From the NCBI RefSeq assembly GCF_006345805.1, contig NC_042999.1:53196001-53260000 (forward strand): a stretch of 64,000 nt of DNA. The letters run 5' to 3'. The notes beneath the pieces are model-generated. The model did not search any database. It saw only the letters and a program-made list of their open reading frames with translations, and was not told the origin of the DNA. Both the position numbers and the translations under genes were made by a program. Source of the DNA: Octopus sinensis. Taxonomy: Eukaryota. Positions 53,035-64,000 of this stretch are shown piece by piece (the stretch's first letter is position 1; every line of letters begins with the position of its first letter).

Positions 53035-53500
53035 GATAGACAGTTGTGGAAATTAGCTGGCCAGCGGATGTTAAAATAAAGCAGAAGTTCAGTGAAAAAA
53101 GGAACACATACTCTGAACTATTGAGAGATCTGCAGATTACAGGTTCAGTTTTATACCTGTAATTATTGGCGCCCTGGGATATGTAACACACTACCTAAAT
53201 AACAGTCTTGAGAAATTAGGTTTCTCACAGCCAGAAGGGAGAAAGCAGATTCGAAGAATACTGTATACGTCTCGAAAACTTTCCAGAAGTTTATTAAAAT
53301 ATATATGAACATGTCTAGATATGCAACTATATGTATGAGAATGCATACATAAAAGAACACACAAATCTGCACATATACATACATACATATTTACAAAAAT
53401 ACATTGTTATTGAACTTCCAATAAAGGAGCCTTGGATCTAGATTAGAAACCAGGTCTTGCTCTACGGACAAGAAGAAATGAAATAATACTGAACAATCAT
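53035..53500 (+). mobile_element. R4/Dong-like LINE 3' end
   Basis: LRDLQITGSVLYL; in another frame PVIIGALGYVTHYLNNSLEKLGFSQP; 3' UTR module aaggagccttggatctagattagaaacc. Confidence 0.8.
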
Positions 53501-53519
53501 ATACACGTACATACGTACC

Positions 53520-53562
<43 letters not shown>

Positions 53563-54844
53563 CCATGTGTATGTATGTGTATATATAGATATACACACAT
53601 GTGCGTGTTTTTTGTGTGTGTATGTATAAGTATATATATATATATATATACGTATCCACATGCATATGAATATATGCAAACACAAGCGCGCGCTCACACA
53701 CACACGTGTGTGTGTATGATGTATGTATATATTGTCTTAAGATATATATATATTGGATGTTCTGGATACATCATCGATGATGTTTCTGGCATCTCAGGAT
53801 TTTGTGTTGTTCAACTTCAGATTCTCTTCCCAAATCTCAGGCTGGGACTTCATCGACCCTAATGGAGATATAAGGTAAAGCATTTTTCCAACCTTCTCAC
53901 GAATCATCCTGATCGACGTTTTCTCTCTCCTATTCTTAATTCTATCTGATTTACGCAGAAAGCTTAGTCAATTAAACCGTTCCTAGTAAGTGAGATTTAT
54001 ATTAACGATCCCGTATGGATGACTCGGTGATATTTGAACTCAGATCAGAGGAGCTAGAATGTTGCAAAGCATTTTGTCCGACGCACTAACGATTCACTGA
54101 ATCCTGCCAACCCTCTCCTGATAATATTTCGATGGGAGTTCGTGTCATATCAAGGAAGGTAATCCCTTTTCAGATATTTCAATAGTAGACCTTTCCTCTT
54201 TTGTCTCTTTATCCCTGTCTTTGTCTCTCTCAGCCGATCGATTTGTCAGCTGGGTTTATTTCCTATTCAAGTTCCATGTCCATCCCCGTTCTCCTATTCT
54301 TTTCCCTTTTTTCACTCTTCTTTCTCTTTTCTTTTAGGTGTTACACCCTCATATTTCTCCCTCTTCTATCCATTTGATTTCTTATTCCCGGAGTAGCATT
54401 CTTCCTCTCTATTTTGGTATACATATGAACTCGAGCATCCGCGTCAGAGTGTATATCTCTCTGTGTGAACGCATGAATATTCAGAAGACTTTTGCATTTT
54501 GTTTTTTGTTTTTTTTTGTTTCTTTTAAGATGGCTGCAATAAATACATTCTGAAATATATCGATTTATGGACATATGGATGTATGCATATTATATAGATA
54601 CTGATCTAGCATGCAAATAATAATCAATTTTAATTACTTCCTAATTATAAATAACTTTTGCAGCTTTGTTAAACAATTCCAAACAATTCTGTTGGAAATA
54701 AACAAACCCTGAGAACATGCAGCCCGCATTGAAAACAAAAGGTCGTCTGCCAACCGGAACTGGACAAAATGTAAACCAAACAATGTTTTCAGGAGCTGAC
54801 AAAACAAACTGTGCAAATTGAATTAAATTTCTTTTACCGTTTAT

Positions 54845-55010
54845 CTTTTACTTGTTAACAATCAATGGACTGCGGCCATGCTGGAGCACGCATTGAAGAA
54901 ATTTTAGCTGATTGAATCGACCCTAGTATTTATTCCATCTGTCTCATTGCTGGACCTCTAATTTACGGGAACATAGACACATAACCGGTTGTCAAATGTT
55001 GTGGTGGTGA
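54845..55010 (-). mobile_element. SINE family B 3' half, degenerate
   Basis: cttttacttgtt..gactgcggccatgctggagcac..aatcgaccc. Confidence 0.65.
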
Positions 55011-55156
55011 TGGTGGTGGGTGGATCTGGGCACACACACACACACACACATACTTTTTTTAAGGAGGTTTAATGTTACGGCCGATCCTGGAGTGACGATC
55101 GGTTTTGCGCCCTTAAAGCGCTCAGCTTATAGGCGATATGTCATACTCAAATGGCT

Positions 55157-55357
55157 GAAAGATCCAGAATCTGGCACAAGCGTTCCTCACTGCGTTCCTT
55201 AATCTTTGTCACCAGCTCGGCCTTCATGTTGGAGGTAGAGCGAATAGTGTCTTTTTCAACGGGTCACCACACATATTAATACGTAGCAGTAGAATCGGTG
55301 GAATTAGAAGTTCGGAAGTTGGTACTGGTGAAGTCGAAGAAATTCTCCTTGTGACCC
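55157..55357 (-). mobile_element. Tc1/mariner (maT/DD37D-like) transposase fragment
   Basis: ENFFDFTSTNFRTSNSTDSTATY*YVW*PVEKDT..KAELVTKIKE..VRNACARF, a decayed WPPNSPDxNPxDYYVW region. Confidence 0.7.
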
Positions 55358-55613
55358 TTATTGTTTATTTCTGCAGGCACGGTAACGAACCGAATTCTGC
55401 CGTACTATGTTTTTTCGTTGTTTGAAAAAGAGGTCGTTTCCATGTTTTTGTTTTCATGTTTTCGTTTATCATTGTTCAACGGTTCTTTTTATGTACAAAT
55501 ATATGCATGTATATATACATATGGATTTAGGTATGTACATATATGTATGTATATATGCATATATTTATATATTATTATATGATCGAACGCCACACATCCT
55601 TTTCCAAGTAAGT

Positions 55614-55644
<31 letters not shown>

Positions 55645-55797
55645 ATAAATATACGGTCGACAGGAATGTTTAAATAATTTTATCTTTCCTGGGTTCCTTG
55701 GTGATTCAAGTAGTTTTGAATATATGCATGCATACAAATATATATACATACATTTATATATATATATCATGCGTGTGTAACTGTGTGTATACATATG

Positions 55798-55832
<35 letters not shown>

Positions 55833-56279
55833 CTGTGTTTGTATATATATATTTATGTGAACGTTTGTATTAGCGATATTAGAACACCACTAAAATATCG
55901 TTTATATTGTTTGTTTGCCAAGTTACAAATTAATTCTGAATATATATTCAAACTACTTGAATCACCACAACAGTTGATAAATAGATAAGACAACTAAACC
56001 AACATTTTTGCCGCTCTTATAGTTCCAGTCTCTCTGGACTACCAAAACATAATTACACATCATTTTGCCCTGTTTCATAATTATGTAGCCAACCAGCGTT
56101 ACATTTAAACAATATCTTTAAACTCGTTGTAATTTAATACACCACCCTTAAATTGAACGACTGATTTATAACATCAGTCGGTCACACGTCTCTTTTTGAC
56201 TATTTTTCTTTCTGTTTTTTTCTTGGGAAGGACAGAGAGAGAGAGAGAGAGGGTGAGATAGCGAAAGACAGGCTAGGAG

Positions 56280-56310
<31 letters not shown>

Positions 56311-56617
56311 TTCATACGGGCTTGCGCTTGCACACACGCATGGTTGTATATATTGTTTTAATGTTATCATTGCCCATAATATTTCGTTTTACTTGATCAT
56401 CTCTCTTATACAAAATTAACTTTAGTCCATTGTTTCCTTTCTATCTAAGGGAAACATATTTCAATATATTGGGAATTTCCTAAAATTCTCGCCTCTGGCC
56501 ACTTTCACTCAGTTCCTTCTGCTAAGCGTTTAATTTATTTGATGTTTCTAAATATACAATCACACTCACGCACGCGCACACACAGACGCATATATATATA
56601 TATATATATATACATGT

Positions 56618-56830
56618 AACGGGAAGATTTACGAAAATAAACAAAAGACGGATGTAGGTGGAGTACAAACACATAATGTATTAGTATGGCGCTCAGGAAT
56701 AGATATAAAACAAGTCTTTTACGTTTCGAGCCTACGCTCTTCGACAGAAAGATACACAGAAAAGAAACAAGGAGAGAAAAAAATTGCGTGTAGGGGCTAA
56801 CGATCCAACATGGCGTTCTGATTTCAGAAG
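56618..56830 (-). mobile_element. Solo pLTR of the 17.5-kb PLE family
   Basis: Colinear with 17473-17700; HHR tcttt-CTGTCGA-a-gagc/gtag/gctc-GAAA-cg-TA-aaaga at 56715-56752. Confidence 0.85.
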
Positions 56831-56875
<45 letters not shown>

Positions 56876-57004
56876 TCAATAAATGGTGGGGTTGTGTTGA
56901 CCGCACGTGGAGAAATGATAAGTAAGGAAAAAATTTTTTGTAAATGCAGAATGCTCAAATGAAAGAAAATTTTAATAAAATGAGAAATTGATAAAATATA
57001 TATT

Positions 57005-57045
57005 TATTCAACCGGTTTTCGTCATTGTATGACTTATCAAGAATA
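57005..57045 (-). ncRNA. Minimal hammerhead variant with U3-A8 core
   Basis: tattc-TTGATAA-gtcat/aca/atgac-GAAA-accgg-TT-gaata. Confidence 0.6.
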
Positions 57046-57737
57046 TTTATGTTTTAAAACGTTTTTTTAAAATTTAGAAAGGGGAAAAAAAGAAAATTGC
57101 ATTGTTTTTGCAAAAGAATAATGATAAAAATGTACAAAAATTAAAAAAATAAGTACTCCGATACATTGTGAGTTCGTTGTGTATCTTGAGTTTTATGATT
57201 GTTCACGAAAAAATTACCTTGAGGTATTAAGATCCAAAGGGATTAAGAGCATGTGTTGTGTGGTTTAATTCAGCATGTTGGCAGGACAGGAAGTAGTAGT
57301 AATTGTGGTTCTTCAGTTCCTGTGTTGTGAGTAAGGGGAGACAACTCTTTTGAGTTCTTCAATACGGGCTGTTGGTAAAACCCAAATTATAAAATTATCA
57401 TTTTAGCTTCATTTGCGTTATCTTTTTTATATAATTGCTTGTTAACTTAACTTTCAGATTTTAACACTTTATTTATATTATTTTCTAATTATATAAGTCT
57501 GCATAGACAATTGCATTTCAAATTGTCATATCATTTATAATAAAAATGATAGTAATAACAACAATAGTAAAAATGATATTTAAAGAATATAAGTTTTAGC
57601 TTGAAGTGATGAATGCATGGTATCTTTATAAACCAGAACTTTAACAAAGAATACACCCCTTACCTCAACAACCATTTTTTAGACAGAGGGGAAAAATACA
57701 AACACCACCGCTAACACAGACCCAAAATAAGAAAACA

Positions 57738-59980
57738 AAAATTATAAACCTCTCCAGCAAAACACTGACACCAACCCAAATCAACATCCTAGCAAGAGGT
57801 TTGAAATTCACACCCACCCCAAGAACACCCAACCCCCGGAGGTCAAGGATGACGTTTCTGAATTCTGCAGAAAACTTCGCCTAACAGAAGCTTTGACAGA
57901 TATCAACAATGGGGACGATTCATTGATCAGAAATAAAAGCAACTTCCTACCACCAAAAGGGAGAAATAAAACACTGGACGATTTCTGCAAACACATCCAG
58001 AGTCTCCCCTTTACCCCAAGCAAAACCAAGGTAAAATCCAATTTCAGTAAGGACGAATAAGAAAACCTACGTGACATACAACTGGATAAAAACCTCACCA
58101 TCAAAGAAGCGGACAAAGGGAGTGCTGTGGTCCTTATGGAATTTTATAAACACCTAGTGTTTTCCATGCTTAACAATAACATTTTCTATGAGGTTATTAA
58201 CAACTACAAACAGCAAAAAACAATCAGAAACCTCACCACACTCATACGCCAACACGGTCAGGGACTCACAGAAAAAGAAAGGGATTATATCACCATTTTC
58301 AAATGCAAGCCCAGCCTTTTTTATGGCCTTCCTAAAATCCATAAAAACAAATACATCACCGAAGCCTGAAAACTCTCCACTGACATCCACATCAACATCA
58401 AAGCACCGGAGGACCTAAAACTAGGGCCCATCGTGGCTGGCACCTCCTGTGAAACACACCGCCTGAGTAACTTCCTAGACATCCTTTTGAAACCTTTCCT
58501 TACCCACATCAAAAGTTTCATTAGGGATGATCTGGACATGCTCAAACACCTCCTGAAAACATTTAACGAGGAGGCACTCCTGGTATCCTTTGATGTCATC
58601 AACCTCTACACCAACATCCCACATGAGGTATAGAGGCAATTGACTTCTGGCTAGAAAAACACCCAGAGACATTCCCTAACCGCATTAACAAGTCTTTTAT
58701 TACAGAATCTCTCAAGTTCATTCTGACAAACAATTTTTTTCTCTTCGAGGACACACACTACCGTCAAAAATGTGGTATTGCGATGGGTACCAAGGCTGCA
58801 CCAGTCCTTGCGAACCTCATAATGGGTTACTTCGAACTGTCACTCTATGAAATATCAAGCCAGAAATTTGGACATGTTTTCCACACCTACGTAATGGAAA
58901 ACTGGAAAAGGTATTTAGATGATTGTTTCATCATATGGAAAGAACCTTATGAGAAACTCCTGGAATTCAAAACCATACTAAACAACATACATCCCAACAT
59001 CCAATTCACTATGGAATTAAGCAAACATCATCTCCCATTCCTTGATCTCCTAATTATAAAAACACCTAAGAACCAAATCATAACAGACATCTACCACAAA
59101 CCTACAGACTCACAACAATACCTCCTCTTTAGTTCATGCCACCCAAAACACACCAAGACAAATATCCCTTTCAATTTAGCTAAAAGGGTATGCACCATTG
59201 TCTCGGATCCAAAAACACGAGAAATACGCCTTCAAGACCTAAAAAAAACACTATTACAGCGTCAATATCCCTCCACCCTTATAGAGTATGGAATAAAACG
59301 CGCCAAAGAACTAGACAACACTACACTGAAAACCACCCAACCTAACACCACACACAACCTCAAAATACTTCCATACATTTCCACCCACAACTCCAAAAAT
59401 ATCGAAGCATACACCACAATCATACAAAACCTCAGTCTACTGTCAACAGACCCAAAAATGAAAAACATTATAAATACACACAAAATCCTCAAATGTAAAA
59501 GGCAACACAAATCTTTAAAAAACTCTTGACAAATGCCAAACTTCACACACCACATCCACCCCAACAGTAAAAAAATGTGCACGCTCAAACTGTGGTACCT
59601 GCCCCTTTCTACTTGAAGGCTCTGAATTTACCTTCAAACAAGGTACGAAGTTTAAAATCAAGACTAACTTCTCCTGTTCCTCCGAGAACCTTATCTACGT
59701 TCTCACATGCGCTGGTTGCCAACATAATTATGTTGGCCAAACGAGTCTCCCGTTACGTAAACGAGTAACGGTGCATAAAGAACAAATAAATCTCCCGGAA
59801 TACCGACAAATTCCACTGAGTGACCACTTAGACTCATGTGCTAAAGACTTAAACCCCAAATTCTATATATTCCCCTTCTACCAATGTAAAGATGGGATCA
59901 CCACACAGGAGAGAATTAACAAGGAGAATCTCTTTATTGAAAAATTCCAAACACAACTTAATATGCAAACTCCTCGTTGA
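57738..59980 (+). pseudogene. PLE reverse transcriptase + GIY-YIG endonuclease (stops and frameshifts)
   Basis: KIINLSSKTLT..LARGLKFTP, KEADKGSAVV, FYGLPKIHK, SFDVINLYTNIPH, GIAMGTKAAPVLANL, RYLDD, LPFLDL, YHKPTD; CARSNCGTCPF linker; NLIYVLTCAGCQHNYVGQT..RKRVTVH; KENLFIEKFQTQLN. Confidence 0.93.
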
Positions 59981-60615
59981 TCAAACTTCCTTTCTCTACC
60001 TCACTCTTCATGGATCGACTAACACAAATATATAAAGATACCATGCATTCATCACTTCAAGCTAAAACTTATATTCTTTAAATATCATTTTTACTATTGT
60101 TGTTATTACTATCATTTTTATTATAAATGATATGACAATTTGAAATGCAATTGTCTATGCAGACTTATATAATTAGAAAATAATATAAATAAAGTGTTAA
60201 AATCTGAAAATTAAGTTAACAAGCAATTATATAAAAAAGATAACGCAAATGAAGCTAAAATGATAATTTTATAATTTGGGTTTTACCAACAGCCCGTATT
60301 GAAGAACTCAAAAGAGTTGTCTTCCCTTACTCACAACACAGGAACTGAAGAACCACAATTACTACTACTTCCTGTCCTGCCAACATGCTGAATTAAACCA
60401 CACAACACATGCTCTTAATCCCTTTGGATCTTAATACCTCAAGGTAATTTTTTCGTGAACAATCATAAAACTCAAGATACACAACGAACTCACAATGTAT
60501 CGGAGTACTTATTTTTTAATTTTTGTACATTTTTATCATTATTCTTTTGCAAAAAACAATGCAATTTTCTTTTTTTCCCCTTTCTAAATTTTAAAAAAAC
60601 GTTTTAAAACATAAA

Positions 60616-60656
60616 TATTCTTGACAAGTCATACAATGACGAAAACCGGTGGAATA
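60616..60656 (+). ncRNA. Minimal hammerhead variant with U3-A8 core (G at the cleavage site)
   Basis: tattc-TTGACAA-gtcat/aca/atgac-GAAA-accgg-TG-gaata. Confidence 0.55.
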
Positions 60657-60820
60657 AATATATATTTATATATTTTATCAATTTCTCATTTTATTAAAAT
60701 TATCTTTCATTTGAGCATTCTGCATTTAAAAAAAAAATTTCCTTACCTATATATATATATATATATATATATATTGTAATTATAATAAACATTGAATGGA
60801 ATTGATAAGTATTTTAATGC

Positions 60821-60954
60821 ATCGATACGCGCGTTTCCACAAATCCCATGTTTCTTCGGATCACAGTCCGTATTCCTGATATGATTACTGCGTAATCCGT
60901 ATTATCCATGAGGACCAGGTAGATGAACATCATGGATTCATTTCTTCAGGCGAT
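60821..60954 (-). ncRNA. Type I hammerhead with greatly expanded stem II
   Basis: atcgc-CTGAAGA-a-atgaatcc(~88 nt)ggatttgt-g-GAAA-cgcgcg-TA-tcgat; followed by an AT tail and (TA)n. Confidence 0.6.
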
Positions 60955-61284
60955 ATAAACTTAATATCTGTTTTCTAGAGGAATGTTTATCCCTTCTCAC
61001 CAGTGCGCAGGTTGGTGGAATTATGTAGGTATTTCTGTGTGTATTTGGTGGCGAGGAGGTGATGGAAAGAGAGAAAGGAATGGTAGTTGTATGGGGAATG
61101 AGGTGTGCATGGTGGTGTTGGACTTACTTTGCAATTTAGTCTGCAGATCTTATTTAAGGCATGACTGCCTTCAATGATGTCTAAAATAAACAGATCAGCC
61201 GATGCAGCGACTACAGCAATCAGCTGTAGAAGATCTTTCTTTGGGTCACCTTTAGTTTCTGGCGGTCAGTAGTATAGTGTATAT

Positions 61285-61515
61285 ATTTCTTTATTGTCCA
61301 CAAGGGGATAAACATAGGGGATCAAACAAGGACAGACAAAGGGATTAAGTCGATTATATTGAAATCAGTGTGTAGCTGGTACTTATTTCATCGACCCCGA
61401 AAGGATGAAAATGTAAAGTCGAGCTCGGCGGAATTTGAACTCAGAACGTAGCAGCAGACAAAAGAGTGCTAAGCATTCCGCCCGGCGTGCTAACGTTTCT
61501 GCCATCTCGCCGCCT
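61285..61515 (-). mobile_element. SINE family A
   Basis: tcgaccccgaaaggatgaaa..gtcgagctcggcggaatttgaactcagaac..ctgccatctcgccgcc. Confidence 0.88.
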
Positions 61516-61824
61516 TAGTACTAATATTTATTAGAAAAGAAAATGACGGGTGTCTTCTAAATCAAAGTACAAATTTGTAAAATATCCCCCAGGTTCTCCA
61601 TTTGAGATCCTTTACACGAATATGTACACACACTTGGTCGTGTGCGCATATGTAAAATTAATGATACACACACACACACTCATACACAGGAACACAATTT
61701 CAAGCGCGCAAACATTATTGTAATAAGTCAGAAAAATATACAAATGTCTGCATCTAAACCGATGCTAGTTGTTTTATTATTTGTACTATCATTCTACTTT
61801 ACCCCTATCGTGGCACTACGTCAG

Positions 61825-62190
61825 TTACAACGACGAGGGCTTCAAGTGATCCAATCAACGAAACAGCCTGCTTGTGAAATTAACGTGCAAGTGGTTGAAC
61901 ACTCCACAGACACATGTACCATTAACGTAGTTCTCAGGGAGATTCAGCGTGACACAGAGTGTGACAAGGCTGGCTCTTTGAAATACAGGTGCAAAAGAAA
62001 CAGGAAGAAAGAGTGAGACAAATTTATGGTGAAAGTGTACAGCAGTGTTCGCCAACTACCGCAGCCGGAGGCATCGCAGAGCTTTAGGTGTTTTCGCTCA
62101 CTAAGCACTCACAACGCCCGGTCTGGGAATCGAAGCCGCGATCCTACGACCGCGAGTCTGCTGCCTTAACAACTGGGACGTTTCATCTCC
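61825..62190 (-). mobile_element. SINE family C, tail type 2
   Basis: Colinear with 52194-52571. Confidence 0.88.
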
Positions 62191-63296
62191 ATTTTACACC
62201 TATATATAAGCACACATTAACTGAACTACATATTTAGACACCCTCAGATCTCTCTTAATTCATAAATCTTATTACTTTCCTAGCGACCGGCATTAACTCC
62301 ATTCAGAAGTCTTATATGTTTTTAAGGACAGCTTTCTGGAGGAGGAGCTGTTCAGCACAGCCCCAGAATCTTTTCTTTCCTCCTGCCTGTTCATCCGTTA
62401 TCAAACTACATGTTAGGCAATGGACTTGGAGAATCATATTCAGGCAACTTGTGTACAGTGTGTACTTAAAATTCAAGCACGCTATGGGCGTTTAATCTCG
62501 GCCACATTTTCTCCTTATTTTTAAGGAGAAGTCCGTACAACCGGCAATCAGTCTAGTATACATCGCTTTAAGCTCATTGTTCTTATTTTAGCGGTTCATG
62601 AAAAATTTCCTGTAGAACGCAGGCTGTTTCTACTACTTGCTTACTACCAGGTCTCTCCAAGGTGATTTTGCATACAGCAGTTTCATAATAACCGTCGGCA
62701 AAGTTTCGCTGGTAATGCCATATATTTTTGGAAAGACATACACACAATATTCATTTCGTAGGTCGTTTAACATGCTATATCACTGCTGTGTTCTTTGTTT
62801 AAATTGCAGAATCTCCTCACGTATTCATGTATGTATGTATGTATGTATGTATGCATGTATGCATGTATGCATGCATGCATGCATGTATGTATGTAAGCAT
62901 GCATGCATGTATGTATGTAAGCATGCATGCATGTATGTATGTATGCATGCATGTAAGCATGCATGCATGCATGCATGTATGTATAGGGACGTGAAGTATT
63001 CCAGCTAAAGTAAAATTCTAACAATTTAACAGGACGATTCAACCGAAAATTCGGGATATATAGAAGTACTAATGCATCCATTTTGGAGTTCGAAATATAT
63101 ATGAGAGCACACGTATCCGCGTGTGTGTGTGTGTGTGTGTGTGAGTGCAAACACATACACACCCATCGTTGGATAAAGATCCTGAGAAGTGATAATGAGT
63201 AGTAAACTCGAGTGTAATCGTTTACTTAAACCGGCCCAAAAGTCTTATACTGCAGATGTTACATGCCGAGTAGGTAACACTTTAGATACGATATAT

Positions 63297-63502
63297 TCTC
63301 TTTTACTCTTTTACTTGTTTCAGTCATTTGACTGCGGCCATGCTGGAGCACCGCCTTTAGTCGAGCAAATCGACCCCGGGACTTATTCTTTGTAAGCCCA
63401 GTGCTCATTCTATCGGATCCTTTTGCCGAACCACTAAGTGACGGAGACGTAATGCTAGGGGGACAAACACAGACACACAAACATACACACACACACACAC
63501 AC

Positions 63503-63566
<64 letters not shown>

Positions 63567-63729
63567 ATATACGACAGGCTTCTTGCAGTTTCCGTCTACC
63601 AAATCCACTCACAAGGCATTGGTCGGCCCGAGGCTATAGACTCTTGTCCAAGATGCCACGCAGTGGGACTGAACCCGGTACCATGTAGTTGGTAAGCAAG
63701 CTACTTACCACACAGCCACTCCTGCGCCT
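63297..63729 (-). mobile_element. SINE family B
   Basis: Near-identical to the 6852 and 42257 copies. Confidence 0.9.
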
Positions 63730-64000
63730 ATTATATATATGTATACTTATATGTATTTATGTATATCTGTTTGTAGGTATGTATAACGCACGTAGGAATG
63801 CTTGTATTTATGAATTCACAAACGCAGGTACAAGCAAATATGCATTCAAAGCTAACTCTCATTAAGCTACAACTCGGAGTTTTCTCTTCGTTGCGTTCAC
63901 GGAAATGCTCCTATGCTGATGGAACCTGCTTGAAAAACCAAAGGATTATATTTTGCTTACACGCAGAAAATTGCTTGGCGAAAGTTAATGGCTTCAAATA

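Larger units (their letters stand above)
56875..60746 (+). mobile_element. Near full-length Penelope-like element (Neptune-like) with inverted pLTR arms
   Basis: Arms 56922-57630 and 60031-60746 are reverse complements with few differences; they enclose the RT-GIY-YIG remnant; both ends abut (TA)n. Confidence 0.93.

Overview
AT-rich, microsatellite-dense eukaryotic DNA. The repeat families resemble those of octopus (coleoid cephalopod) genomes, which is an inference from sequence style. I found no host protein-coding exon, and most listed ORFs are translations of (TA)n, (CA)n and (CATA)n tracts. The window is largely decayed transposons: two Penelope-like elements (PLEs; RT plus GIY-YIG) at 17.5-19.7 kb (-) and 56.9-60.7 kb (+, with ~710-bp inverted arms), R4/Dong-like, RTE and CR1-like LINE fragments, four tRNA-derived SINE families, Helitron ends and Tc1/mariner remnants. 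There is a 100-N gap at 45233-45332. The main unexplained signal is about 15-18 type-I hammerhead-ribozyme (HHR)-like motifs, found by eye, from at least seven unrelated repeat families. Several carry family-specific core variants (U3-A8, A6U, an extra A after A9, a ~105-nt stem II), and many lie in or next to long inverted repeats beside (TA)n tracts. All folds were paired by hand and none has been tested for activity.
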